A DNA stretch of 64,000 bases from an uncultured bacterium (lineage in GTDB: Bacteria > Acidobacteriota > Aminicenantia > UBA2199). The stretch's first letter is position 1, and each line of letters begins with the position of its first letter. Below the pieces are notes generated by a model that was given only the letters and a program-made list of their open reading frames with translations, did not search any database and was not told where the DNA came from. The stretch covers positions 28,926-92,925 of the forward strand of contig CBDUZW010000005.1 of NCBI GenBank assembly GCA_965371805.1, given 5' to 3'. Below are positions 40,206 through 50,048 of this stretch, piece by piece. The position numbers and the translations under genes were made by a program.

Positions 40206-40363
40206 ATTTTAATTATAACCTAAGTTTTAGCATTTGTGTACAGATAGTGCTTTCTCTACTTTATAAAATAATTATATCTGATAAAATTTTATTTAAAAAA
40301 AGAAAAAAGTATAGTACAATTTAAAATGATGATGAAAAACAGCAGTCATTATAAAGACAACCA

Positions 40364-42940
40364 ATGATAAAACAACAAAACAAAATCTATCCATTTACAA
40401 TTTTATCTATCCTCTTTATCCTTTTCTCAAATCTGCCTGCTCAAAATAATACAATAAATTTCCAACATCTATCTTTGGAAGACGGATTGTCGCATAGCAC
40501 TATAAATTGCATTTTTCAAGATAGCAGGGGATTTTTATGGTTTGGAACAGATGATGGTTTAAACAGATATGACGGTTATAATTTTAAAATATTCTTAAAT
40601 GATCCTGAAAAACCTGGAACAATCTCCAGTAATCGCATTAGAGGAATATGCGAAGATGAGGATGGGAATCTCTGGATTGGGACATTTGGTGGATTAAATA
40701 CATTTAATATTAGAACAGGGCGCTTTGCCTCCTATACATTTCATCCTGATATAGAATCAAGACAAAATATAATATGGTCAATGGCTATAAATGATGGATT
40801 CCTATGGGTCGGGACTGAATCCGGATTGATAAAGTTTAATACTAAATCAAAAAAATATAATAACTATAAATTAAATTCAACTCAGTCCAAATTTCAAAGG
40901 AAAACTTTCATAACCATAGTATACATAGATAACTCAAAAAAAATCTGGATTGGAACTAAACATAACGGTTTATATACATTTAAAGAAACAACAAATTCAA
41001 TTGTTCCTTTTAAATATAAACATTCAAAAAACCCGAGTTTCAGAAGTATTAGAAATCTATTCAAAGACCAATCCGGCATATTATGGATCGGCACAGAGTA
41101 TGGAGGTTTAATCAAATATAACAGTCAAAATCAAGAACCTACTTTTTACAAACATATCCCCGGGATTAAGGGATCTATAAGCAGTAATGACATACAATCG
41201 ATATTTGGAACAAAATCAGGAGATCTGTGGATTGGGACCAATGCAAATGGCTTAAACAAGTATAATTCTGCAACAAACAGTTTCACCCTGTACGAACATG
41301 ATCCCAAAAATGCAAACAGCATTAGTCATAACAGTATTCTTTCAATGTATGAGGACAATTCAGGGGTTTTATGGATTGGAACTTATGCAGGAGGGATAAA
41401 CACACTTAACAAAAGTAAAAAAAGATTCGATGTCTTAAAAAATGAACCTGGGAATCCAATCAGCCTCAGTAACAGTACAGTATTTTCAGTTTATGAAGAG
41501 TCTAATGGAATAATCTGGATAGGCACTATTACAGGTTTAAACAGATATGATAGTAAGAATAATCTTTTTAAAGTATATAGTCACGACAAAAACAACCCTA
41601 AAAGTATTAGTCATAATGTTGCAAGAGCTATTTATAAAGATGATAAAGGAAATTTATGGATAGGAACTGATAATGGACTAAATAAATTTAATAGAGAGGA
41701 TGAGACATTTTCTATCTATAGAAACGCCATTACCATTAAGAACTATTCATCCAATTGGCAGAACATAATCCGTTCAATTATTGCTGATAATTCAGGAAAA
41801 CTTTGGATAGGAACACAAAATGGGATCTGTACATTTGATGAAAAAAAAGAACAATTTACATATTATAGATATGATGAAAATAATCAAAACAGTCTTTCAT
41901 CAAATACAGTCAGAGTATTATTAAATGACAGAGACGGTCTTATATGGATAGGCACTGAGAATGGATTAAATAAATTTAATCCAGAAACAAAAGAATTTTT
42001 CATTTATAAACACAACCCCAAAAACCCGCATAGCATTAGTAGTGATAATATCTATAGTATCTTAGAAGATAAAAAAGGTCTGATTTGGATTGGAACAAAA
42101 AAAGGATTAAATGCTTTAAACAGAAAAACAGGTCTATTTACAAACTATACAGAACATGACGGATTGGGAAATGATATTGTATACTGCATTCTTGAATCTA
42201 ACGACAATAATTTATGGCTCAGTACTGATAAAGGCATAACAAAGGCATATAATAGCTTAAAAAACATTGACTCATCAGTAAAAGATCAAAAATTGAAATT
42301 TAGAAATTTTGATATAAAAGATGGTGTGCAGGGACATGAGTTTAATTCAGGCGCCTCATTCAAAAGTAATAAGGGAACTTTGTACTTTGGAGGAATGAAT
42401 GGATTAAATATATTTGACCCGGAAAAAATAATGACTGATAACAGCTATATTCCGCCTGTAGTCTTAACTGAGTTCAGATTATTTTCTGAAAAAATATCCA
42501 TACACTCAAGGATCGATGGAAAAACCATATTAAGTAAGCCAATAGAATTGACAGAAAAAATAGTACTTCCTTATAATGCAAACTATATCTCCTTTAAATT
42601 CACAGCATTAGATTTCACTTGCACAAAAAACAATAAATTTGCCTATATGATGAAAGGATTAAGCAATGAATGGCACTACCTTGGCACAAAAAACGAACTT
42701 GATTTTCATCTTTCTCCAGGAACATTTATTTTAAACATAAAAGGTTCAAATAGTGACCATGTCTGGAATGAAAATGGAGTATCGATAACAATCATTATAA
42801 ATCCCCCTTTTTGGACTACAATATGGTTTAGAATAGCCGTTTCCATGTTTGTCTTTTTAGTGATATTTTCACTATACAGAGTCAGAATATACAATATTAA
42901 AAAAAAAATATCCAACTCAGCAACCATAATGAACAATTAA
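40364..42940 (+). CDS. Hybrid sensor, part 1: signal-Reg_prop repeats-Y_Y_Y-TM; terminated prematurely after an A10 homopolymer (42899..42908)
   Basis: GLSHSTINCIFQDSRGFLWFGTDDGLNRYDG and 13 or more further propeller repeats. Y_Y_Y segment and TM TIWFRIAVSMFVFLVIF. The stop falls 11 codons after the A10 tract. Confidence 0.7.
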   Translation: MIKQQNKIYPFTILSILFILFSNLPAQNNTINFQHLSLEDGLSHSTINCIFQDSRGFLWFGTDDGLNRYDGYNFKIFLNDPEKPGTISSNRIRGICEDEDGNLWIGTFGGLNTFNIRTGRFASYTFHPDIESRQNIIWSMAINDGFLWVGTESGLIKFNTKSKKYNNYKLNSTQSKFQRKTFITIVYIDNSKKIWIGTKHNGLYTFKETTNSIVPFKYKHSKNPSFRSIRNLFKDQSGILWIGTEYGGLIKYNSQNQEPTFYKHIPGIKGSISSNDIQSIFGTKSGDLWIGTNANGLNKYNSATNSFTLYEHDPKNANSISHNSILSMYEDNSGVLWIGTYAGGINTLNKSKKRFDVLKNEPGNPISLSNSTVFSVYEESNGIIWIGTITGLNRYDSKNNLFKVYSHDKNNPKSISHNVARAIYKDDKGNLWIGTDNGLNKFNREDETFSIYRNAITIKNYSSNWQNIIRSIIADNSGKLWIGTQNGICTFDEKKEQFTYYRYDENNQNSLSSNTVRVLLNDRDGLIWIGTENGLNKFNPETKEFFIYKHNPKNPHSISSDNIYSILEDKKGLIWIGTKKGLNALNRKTGLFTNYTEHDGLGNDIVYCILESNDNNLWLSTDKGITKAYNSLKNIDSSVKDQKLKFRNFDIKDGVQGHEFNSGASFKSNKGTLYFGGMNGLNIFDPEKIMTDNSYIPPVVLTEFRLFSEKISIHSRIDGKTILSKPIELTEKIVLPYNANYISFKFTALDFTCTKNNKFAYMMKGLSNEWHYLGTKNELDFHLSPGTFILNIKGSNSDHVWNENGVSITIIINPPFWTTIWFRIAVSMFVFLVIFSLYRVRIYNIKKKISNSATIMNN

Positions 42941-42999
42941 ATAGACAGATTTTAGAAAAAGAACTTGCAGAAAAAGAGACAAAAAAACTTCAAAATTAT

Positions 43000-44481
43000 A
43001 TGAGCAATATTATTGATTCAATGCCTTCAATTTTGATTGGAATAGATGCTTTTGGTAAGGTGACTCAATGGAATAAAACCACAGAACAAACTACTGGAAT
43101 TAGTGCTTCAGCTGCTCAGGGACAAAATCTTTCCGTTGTATTCCCCAGGATTGAATCTGAAATAAAGAATATTATTGACAGTATTCAATCCCGGGAAACA
43201 ATCCGGAAGTTAAAAAAGACCCATAATAATGAAGACTTGTTATTTGAAAACTTGACGGTCTATCCTTTAACAGCTGACGACATAAAAGGTGCTGTGATAA
43301 GGATTGACGATGTTACTAGAGAAAAAAAACTGGAAGAGCAATTGAGTCAAAGCCAGAAAATGGATGCAATCGGACAACTTGCAGGCGGTATTGCACATGA
43401 TTTCAATAATATGCTTGGAGGAATAATGGGAGCTGCCGAGCTCTTAAAACTCCCCAAAAGAAATATTGATCAGAAAGGGATAGAATTAGTTGATCTTATT
43501 CTTATTGCTTCGAAACAGGCAGCAGATCTAACAGCTAAATTATTAGCACTTGGTCATAAAAGTAAAGTATTTTCAACTGTGGTAGATATACATAAGATCA
43601 TAGATGACACCATTGCAATATTAAATAGAACAATAGACAGAAAGATAAAACTTATTTTAACAAAAGAAGCAGAAAGTCATAACGTAATTGGTAATAGTTC
43701 AAGCTTACAAAATATTCTTCTAAACCTGGGAATAAATGCAGCGCATGCAATGACTGATAGTGGCATAATTCAGATTAAAACAAAAAACAGTAAACTGGAC
43801 AAATCTTATTGTGAGTTCAGTCCATTTGATATTAAACCTGGCGAATATATTGAAATTGAAATAAGGGACTCCGGTTGTGGAATTTCAAGTGAGAATATGA
43901 AGAAAATCTTCGAGCCATTTTTTACCACAAAAGATCAGGGTAAAGGATCCGGACTCGGCTTAGCTGCTGTCTATGGAACAGTAAAATCTCATCAAGGAGC
44001 TGTAACAATAGACAGTTTATTAAATGTAGGTACATCCTTTCATGTATTTCTTCCATGTTCAAAAAAAACTGCTGATCCTGAACACAGTGATGTTGAAATA
44101 CAATATGGGACAGGTCAGATCCTCCTCATTGATGATGAAAAAATCATCAGAAAAACCGGCAAAGGAATGCTTGAAGAGATGGGATATAAGGTTATCACAG
44201 CAAAAAATGGTAAAGAAGGTGTTGATGTATACAGAAATATGTATAAAGAAATTGACATTATAATAATGGACATGATTATGCCTGAGATGAATGGACGTGA
44301 AGCTTTCTTAAAAATGAAAGAGATAAACAAAAACTGCAAGGTGATAATAGCATCCAGTTTTGCAAAAAAAGAGGTGCTTGATGAATTGGATAAAGCTGAT
44401 TTGTCCGGTTTTATAAGCAAACCCTTTAACTATCCTGAAATGGGGAAATTGATATCTGAGGTCTTATCAAAAGAACATTGA
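43000..44481 (+). CDS. Hybrid sensor, part 2: PAS-HisKA-HATPase_c-REC; its frame is open upstream to the A10 tract and is probably continuous with 40364..42940
   Basis: PAS (IGIDAFGKVTQWNKTTEQTTG). H-box AHDFNNMLGGIMG. G-boxes DSGCGIS...GSGLGLA. Receiver ILLIDDEKIIR...IIMDMIMPEMNG. The frame reads ...IQLSNHNEQLNRQILEKELAEKETKKLQNYMSNII back to 42909. Confidence 0.7.
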   Translation: MSNIIDSMPSILIGIDAFGKVTQWNKTTEQTTGISASAAQGQNLSVVFPRIESEIKNIIDSIQSRETIRKLKKTHNNEDLLFENLTVYPLTADDIKGAVIRIDDVTREKKLEEQLSQSQKMDAIGQLAGGIAHDFNNMLGGIMGAAELLKLPKRNIDQKGIELVDLILIASKQAADLTAKLLALGHKSKVFSTVVDIHKIIDDTIAILNRTIDRKIKLILTKEAESHNVIGNSSSLQNILLNLGINAAHAMTDSGIIQIKTKNSKLDKSYCEFSPFDIKPGEYIEIEIRDSGCGISSENMKKIFEPFFTTKDQGKGSGLGLAAVYGTVKSHQGAVTIDSLLNVGTSFHVFLPCSKKTADPEHSDVEIQYGTGQILLIDDEKIIRKTGKGMLEEMGYKVITAKNGKEGVDVYRNMYKEIDIIIMDMIMPEMNGREAFLKMKEINKNCKVIIASSFAKKEVLDELDKADLSGFISKPFNYPEMGKLISEVLSKEH

Positions 44482-44524
44482 AAACAAATTTATTTTTAAC
44501 ATTATACATTTAAATAGCAGAACA

Positions 44525-44555
44525 AAGAGACTTGTTCTTGAAGAATAAGTCTCTT
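44525..44555. terminator. Hairpin between convergent genes (AAGAGACTT-N13-AAGTCTCTT)
   Basis: Perfect 9-bp stem with a T-rich tract a few nt downstream. Confidence 0.4.
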
Positions 44556-44711
44556 ATGAGTAATTTTTATCCTAAACTATTTAATTTCATTGACATTAAG
44601 TTGCCACCACTTCTACAAACGCCATACTTGAAGTTAAAATAATTATAATGAATAGAATAAATAGCTTCATTTTCATTTTAGTTTCTCCTGTTATTGTTTT
44701 ATATCTTATTT

Positions 44712-45719
44712 CTAAAATTTATTCTCATGAAGTTCCCACTCTTCGGTTTCCTCATTTTCGATAAGTTGTATCAATTTTTCATTTCTTATATCAAATGGAT
44801 ATGGGCGAATCCCATCTCTTAGCTTTAAGTTTATAAAAGCCTCCTTAATCAATTTACCCTTTAAATCATAAATTAATGTTTCATACTTTTTATTCTCTTT
44901 TTTATAGGTTATTAAGTAAAGAATATCGTTTGAAACAATTATATTCATAAGTTTTGGAAAAAACTCTGGAAAAACAAACCTGTCTTTAATTCTATCATAT
45001 ATCCCGACAGGCATATTTTTTTTCATTAATTTTCGCATCTCTTTTTCAGTATTACTTGAAAGTTTCACCTTCTTTTTAACAAGTGGTATTGATAATTTTC
45101 TTTTTCCCATATCATCAAAGACCCCTAGATCACCTGTATCACTCATTGCATATATCAGGTCCTTATAGACATAAAAGAGTACTGAACTTGCCATTCCGAA
45201 CACATCCATTTTGTTAAAACTTCCAACAGGGAATTTGGATAATGCCCTGCCCTTTTTTAAGTCTTTGTCAAAAAGACTGATCATTGAATATAATTTAGTC
45301 TCCACAGAAGTCATACTGGATCCGACAAATCCCTTTTTCAATGGAAAATAATTTGGAATAGACATGGCACCAGTGGTCTTTATCTCTTTTAAATATTTCC
45401 CCTCTTTTGTAAAGAACGAAACCTTTCCCTGGCTATTAATCAGGATAGACTCAGCTGAAGGAACAATTCTAGCTACATTACCAATGAACTCTTTAGGCCC
45501 CTCACCCTTTTTTCCAAATTTTTTAATGAGTTTATAATCCTTTAATGAATAAATATAAACAGTTGTTCCCTCTGCAACATAGAGTCTTTCACTATCAGAG
45601 ATTATAAATTCCGGCTTCATAACCTCACCTAATGTCGCAATAACCTCTCCAAAAACCATTCCGGTTGCCAAAAAAGTTAAATTTAATAAAACTAAAATAA
45701 CTAAAATAATTTTTTTCAT
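44712..45719 (-). CDS. Secreted/lipoprotein-like beta-propeller-type protein, paralog of 4872..5909
   Basis: Signal peptide MKKIILVILVLLNLTFLATG. KKGEGPKEF motif. C-terminal EEWELHENKF. Confidence 0.45.
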   Translation of the reverse strand: MKKIILVILVLLNLTFLATGMVFGEVIATLGEVMKPEFIISDSERLYVAEGTTVYIYSLKDYKLIKKFGKKGEGPKEFIGNVARIVPSAESILINSQGKVSFFTKEGKYLKEIKTTGAMSIPNYFPLKKGFVGSSMTSVETKLYSMISLFDKDLKKGRALSKFPVGSFNKMDVFGMASSVLFYVYKDLIYAMSDTGDLGVFDDMGKRKLSIPLVKKKVKLSSNTEKEMRKLMKKNMPVGIYDRIKDRFVFPEFFPKLMNIIVSNDILYLITYKKENKKYETLIYDLKGKLIKEAFINLKLRDGIRPYPFDIRNEKLIQLIENEETEEWELHENKF

Positions 45720-45747
45720 CTTCTTCTCCTTGTCTTAGTGTACTAGA

Positions 45748-45776
45748 ATTGTAGTACAAAAACCTCGTTTTGTCAA
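45748..45776 (-). promoter_or_regulatory. Sigma70 promoter TTGACA-17-TACAAT for 44712..45719
   Basis: Reverse complement: TTGACA aaacgaggtttttgtac TACAAT. Preceded by a second ATTGACT and an A/T tract. RBS AAGGAGAAG. Confidence 0.55.
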
Positions 45777-46013
45777 TAAAAAAAATAAAAAAAGTCAATC
45801 TCCCCCTATATACAACAACAATTCAAATATATACTATATGCAGTAAAATAAAGTTTTTATAAAAAGCAATCATTACTATAGTTTTTTTAATATTCAATCA
45901 AGGTTTAAAACAGTCAAAAACAATACTTCTAATTAATTTATTGACTTTCTTCAACACTTTAAAGTACAATCTTAATTACCGTTTGAGTATTCAAACAACA
46001 AAAAGTTCAAAAT

Positions 46014-47540
46014 ATGGGAGTAATATCTATGAAAAAACTTATACCTATAGCTTTTATTATCTGCTCTTTTCTATTTCCTACTACCGGATATGGAAAAACT
46101 AATTCTGTAGTTAAAAAGATCATTGAAATTGGAAAAAACGATAACAGAACAATGAAACATCTTGATGTGCTCTGTCATAGATTTGGTGGTAGACCTATTG
46201 GATCAGCTGCTTATGATAATGCAGCAGAATGGGTCGGTAAAAAGTTCAAGGAATGGGGTATGAAGGTTGAATATGATGAGGCAGGCACACTCCCTGTTGG
46301 TTTTAACAGAGGACATTGGACCGGAAAAATGACATCTCCCAGAACTATGCACTTGCATTTTGCAACCCCCTCCTATACAGCTGGTACAAAAGGCAAGCAG
46401 GTTGCTCCGGCAGTCTTGGAACCTAAGGATGAAAAAGAATTTCAAAGAAAAAAAAAAAAGATCAATGGCGCATGGGTATTGCTGAACTTTCCTGAGATCG
46501 ACAAAACAAAAAAAGTTAAAAAAGTTAATTATTGGGAACGGAGAAAAATAAGAGAGGAAGAGAGAAAAAAAATACAGAAAAGAATAGATAAACTGGAAAA
46601 AGCAGGTGCTTTAGGCGTAATTGAACCAGCAAAGATCCCAATACAGGCAATGTATAATAAAGAAGTTTTTAAATGGAAATCATGGAATGATCTTCCAAAT
46701 ATTTGTCAAATCAAATTAGATGAACATCAATTTGCAGAAATCAAACAAATGATAATAGAAAGACAGAGAGTCGTTCTGGAAATTGACATCCGAAATTATT
46801 TTAAAATGGGTCCGGTAAAATATCATAATGTAATTGGCATTATTCCCGGGACAAAATATCCAAATGAATATGTAATATTAGGGGGCCATCTGGATTCATA
46901 TGATGTTGCAACCGGAGCAGTCGATAATGGTAATGGGACAACAACATCAATGGAAGCAGCAAGGTTAATTATGGCTGCCGGTGGGAAACCTAAACGGACA
47001 ATTCTTATCTGTTTATGGGCAGGAGAAGAGTTTGGACTTCTAGGTTCCCAGCATTGGGTAAAAAAATACAAAGGTAAATTAGCAAAAATTTCAGCAATGT
47101 TCAACCGGGACGGTGGACCAACTGTACCGGAAAGTTTAAGTGTTTCAGAAGCAATGTGGAAAGATATGGAAAAAATTTGTAAGCCTGTAAACAACATAAA
47201 CCCGGACTTTCCTTTTAAACTAACCAAAAGAAAACCACGAACAAGACCAAAAAATATAGGCGGTTCCGACCATGTCCCATTTGCAATGAAAGGAGTTCCA
47301 TCAATGGGTTTTAGAAATGGTGATCCTAAAGGTTATGATTTCCGTTACAGTGAGATCTGGCATACAGAAAATGATTATTATCAGAAAAGCATTGCCGAAT
47401 ACCAAAACCATGCTTCCATAGTTAATGCAGTCGTCATTTATGGTATTGCAAACCTGAAACATCAATTGGATAGAACCGGCTACTATCTTCCTGACGAAAA
47501 ACCAGTTAAAAAGAAAAAAAAGAAAGAAAAAAAGAACTAA
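46014..47540 (+). CDS. M28-family peptidase (aminopeptidase) with signal peptide
   Basis: HNVIGIIPGTKYPNEYVILGGHLDSYDVATGAVDNGNGTTTSMEAARLI...WAGEEFGLLGSQHW. The zinc ligands H, D, E and the EE motif are present. Confidence 0.75.
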   Translation: MGVISMKKLIPIAFIICSFLFPTTGYGKTNSVVKKIIEIGKNDNRTMKHLDVLCHRFGGRPIGSAAYDNAAEWVGKKFKEWGMKVEYDEAGTLPVGFNRGHWTGKMTSPRTMHLHFATPSYTAGTKGKQVAPAVLEPKDEKEFQRKKKKINGAWVLLNFPEIDKTKKVKKVNYWERRKIREEERKKIQKRIDKLEKAGALGVIEPAKIPIQAMYNKEVFKWKSWNDLPNICQIKLDEHQFAEIKQMIIERQRVVLEIDIRNYFKMGPVKYHNVIGIIPGTKYPNEYVILGGHLDSYDVATGAVDNGNGTTTSMEAARLIMAAGGKPKRTILICLWAGEEFGLLGSQHWVKKYKGKLAKISAMFNRDGGPTVPESLSVSEAMWKDMEKICKPVNNINPDFPFKLTKRKPRTRPKNIGGSDHVPFAMKGVPSMGFRNGDPKGYDFRYSEIWHTENDYYQKSIAEYQNHASIVNAVVIYGIANLKHQLDRTGYYLPDEKPVKKKKKKEKKN

Positions 47541-47721
47541 TATAGTTTAATAAAAACTTTATAAATCTACGCCTTTTTTTAGAAGATGTCTATTTGTAAA
47601 TTCTATTAATAATTTACATTAAATAAACTTTAATTTTTTTGATGTTAAAGAATAAAACACTCTTACTTTTTGTGAATAACTCAGTAAAATAAATGTAGAT
47701 TTGCATACACTTTTCTATAAC

Positions 47722-47750
47722 TTGACATTTGCAAATAAAGACCATAAAAT
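47722..47750 (+). promoter_or_regulatory. Sigma70 promoter TTGACA-17-TAAAAT upstream of dcp
   Basis: cTTGACAtttgcaaataaagaccaTAAAATc; RBS AAGGAGGGG before the ATG at 47787. Confidence 0.5.
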
Positions 47751-47786
47751 CAACTTTATATATAGATTTTAAGGAGGGGTAAAACA

Positions 47787-49958
47787 ATGAAAAAATTAAC
47801 TTTATTATTAATTCTAGCAAGTTTAATCTTTTTCTATTCCTGTGGAACAGAAAAAAAATCAGAAGAAGTAAAAACGCAGAAAAAAGAGGTAAATAAAGAG
47901 ATGAAAACTGAAGTAAAAGCTGAAACTAATCCATTTTTCAGTAATTTTGATACACCTTTTAATGTTCCACCATTTGATAAAATTAAGGTAAAACATTATC
48001 TACCAGCCATAAAAGAGGGTATTAAAAGACAGCAGACTGAAATAGATGAGATCGTTAATAACACCGAGCCCCCTACTTTTACCAACACAATTGAAGCCTT
48101 GGAAAAAAGTGGTTCAATGCTAAAAAGTACAAATAACATATTTGGTATACTTATATCATGCATGACAAATGAGGATATGCAGAAAGTAGCAAAAATAATT
48201 GCACCATTATTATCAAAAAATACTGATAGTATTAATCTGAATGAAAAACTTTTTAATCGTATAAAAACAGTAAAAGATCAGAGTGATAAATTTAATTTGT
48301 CAGGCGAACAATTAAAAATGTTAAATGATTATTATAAAGAGTTCGTAAGAGGTGGCGCTAATTTAAAGGGTGAGCAAAAAGCTCGTTTTAAAAAAATTAA
48401 TGAAGAACTCTCTGTATTAAGTTTAAAATTTGGAGACAATATTTTAAAAGAAACAAATAACTTCAAAATGATTTTAGATAAAAAAGAAGATCTTGCCGGT
48501 CTACCCCAATCCAGCATTGATGCGGCTGCCCAAACAACAAAAGAATCAAAACTTGAGAACAAATGGGTTTTTACAATCCAGAAGCCAAGCCTCATTCCCT
48601 TTCTCCAATACTCAAAAAAACGTGAATTAAGAGAAAAAATGTATAAAGCTTATACTAGCAAGGGTGATAAAAATGACGAATTAGACAATAAAAAGTTCAT
48701 TTTGGAAATTATCACATTACGGGCTGAAAAGGCTAATTTATTAGGATTTGAATCTCATGCTCATTTCGTTTTAGATGATAATATGGCAAAAACTCCAGAA
48801 AAGGTTGAAGAGTTCCTTATGAAATTATGGACACCTGCATTGGAACTAGCTAAGAGAGAGAGAGCAGAGCTTCAGGAAATGATAAAAAAGGATGGGGGAA
48901 ATTTCAAATTAGAAGCATGGGACTGGTGGTATTATTCAGAAAAATTAAAAAAAGAAAAATATGCTCTGGATGATGAGCAATTACGTCCATATTTCAAACT
49001 TGAAAATGTAAGAGATGGGGCTTTTGCTGTTGCGACAAAACTCTTTGATATTACATTTACTGAATTAAAAGACATTACTACTTATCATAAAGATGCAAAA
49101 GCATTTGAAGTTAAAGATATCAAAGGCGCTCATGTAGGCGTTTTATATGTAGATTATTTCCCACGAGCCAGTAAGCAGGGTGGCGCCTGGATGGAAGCAT
49201 TCAGAAAGCAATCCAATCGATCCGGAAAAATGATCCGGCCTGTAATCTCTAATAATGGAAATTTTTCTAAGCCAACTGCCGACAAACCATCATTATTGAA
49301 TTTCGAAGAGGTAAATACTTTATATCATGAATTTGGTCATGCCCTTCATGGTTTATTATCACAATGTACCTATGGAAAAACCTCAGGTACCTCTGTTGCC
49401 CTGGATTTTGTTGAGTTACCTTCACAGATCATGGAAAACTGGACATCTCAACCGGAAGTATTGAATATGTATGCAAAACATTATAAAACAGGTGAAGTTA
49501 TTCCACAGGAGCTTGTAAATAAAGTAAAAAAGGCCAGTCTTTTTAATCAGGGTTTTGGAACAGTTGAATACCTGGCAGCATCACTTTTAGATTTAAAATG
49601 GCATCAATTAAAAAGTATAGAAGGAATAACAGATGTTAATAAATTTGAAAATGAATATTTGAAAAAGATAGGATTAATTCCAGAAATCGCATCCCGTTAC
49701 CGTTCAACATATTTTGCACACATTTTTTCGGGTATGTATTCTGCAGGTTATTACAGTTATATCTGGGCAGAAGTCCTAGATGCTGATGCATTTGAAGCAT
49801 TTAAAGAAAAAGGAATATTTGACAAAGAAACAGCTACATCTTTCAAACAGAATATTCTTGAAAAAGGTGGTACAGAAGAAGCAATGACACTTTATAAAAA
49901 ATTCCGGGGCAGAGAACCAAAAGTAGAACCAATATTGAAAAAAAGAGGACTTAAATAA
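47787..49958 (+). CDS. dcp: M3-family peptidyl-dipeptidase (Dcp/oligopeptidase A-like), lipoprotein
   Basis: Lipobox LIFFYSCG. HEXXH HEFGHALHGLLS. 723 aa with thimet/M3 architecture. Confidence 0.8.
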   Translation: MKKLTLLLILASLIFFYSCGTEKKSEEVKTQKKEVNKEMKTEVKAETNPFFSNFDTPFNVPPFDKIKVKHYLPAIKEGIKRQQTEIDEIVNNTEPPTFTNTIEALEKSGSMLKSTNNIFGILISCMTNEDMQKVAKIIAPLLSKNTDSINLNEKLFNRIKTVKDQSDKFNLSGEQLKMLNDYYKEFVRGGANLKGEQKARFKKINEELSVLSLKFGDNILKETNNFKMILDKKEDLAGLPQSSIDAAAQTTKESKLENKWVFTIQKPSLIPFLQYSKKRELREKMYKAYTSKGDKNDELDNKKFILEIITLRAEKANLLGFESHAHFVLDDNMAKTPEKVEEFLMKLWTPALELAKRERAELQEMIKKDGGNFKLEAWDWWYYSEKLKKEKYALDDEQLRPYFKLENVRDGAFAVATKLFDITFTELKDITTYHKDAKAFEVKDIKGAHVGVLYVDYFPRASKQGGAWMEAFRKQSNRSGKMIRPVISNNGNFSKPTADKPSLLNFEEVNTLYHEFGHALHGLLSQCTYGKTSGTSVALDFVELPSQIMENWTSQPEVLNMYAKHYKTGEVIPQELVNKVKKASLFNQGFGTVEYLAASLLDLKWHQLKSIEGITDVNKFENEYLKKIGLIPEIASRYRSTYFAHIFSGMYSAGYYSYIWAEVLDADAFEAFKEKGIFDKETATSFKQNILEKGGTEEAMTLYKKFRGREPKVEPILKKRGLK

Positions 49959-49975
49959 TTATATTAGTTTGAAAT

Positions 49976-50018
49976 ATCATCTGGTAGCAGAAAACAATAA
50001 ATTCTCCTGCCAGATGAT
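49976..50018. terminator. Inverted repeat between convergent genes (ATCATCTGG...CCAGATGAT)
   Basis: 9-bp perfect stem, extendable by about 5 more pairs. The flanks are not clearly U-rich. Confidence 0.3.
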
Positions 50019-50048
50019 AATGATATAGAATTCAATATAGTTTTTTAC

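Noticed and set aside
44595-44676. A minus-strand sORF downstream of the second lipoprotein gene initially looked like a duplicated signal peptide of that gene.
   Set aside because: Careful reverse-complementing showed I had dropped a base. The real peptide (MKMKLFILFIIIYFNFKYGVCRSGGNLMSMKLNSLG) has no similarity beyond a generic hydrophobic start. No support.
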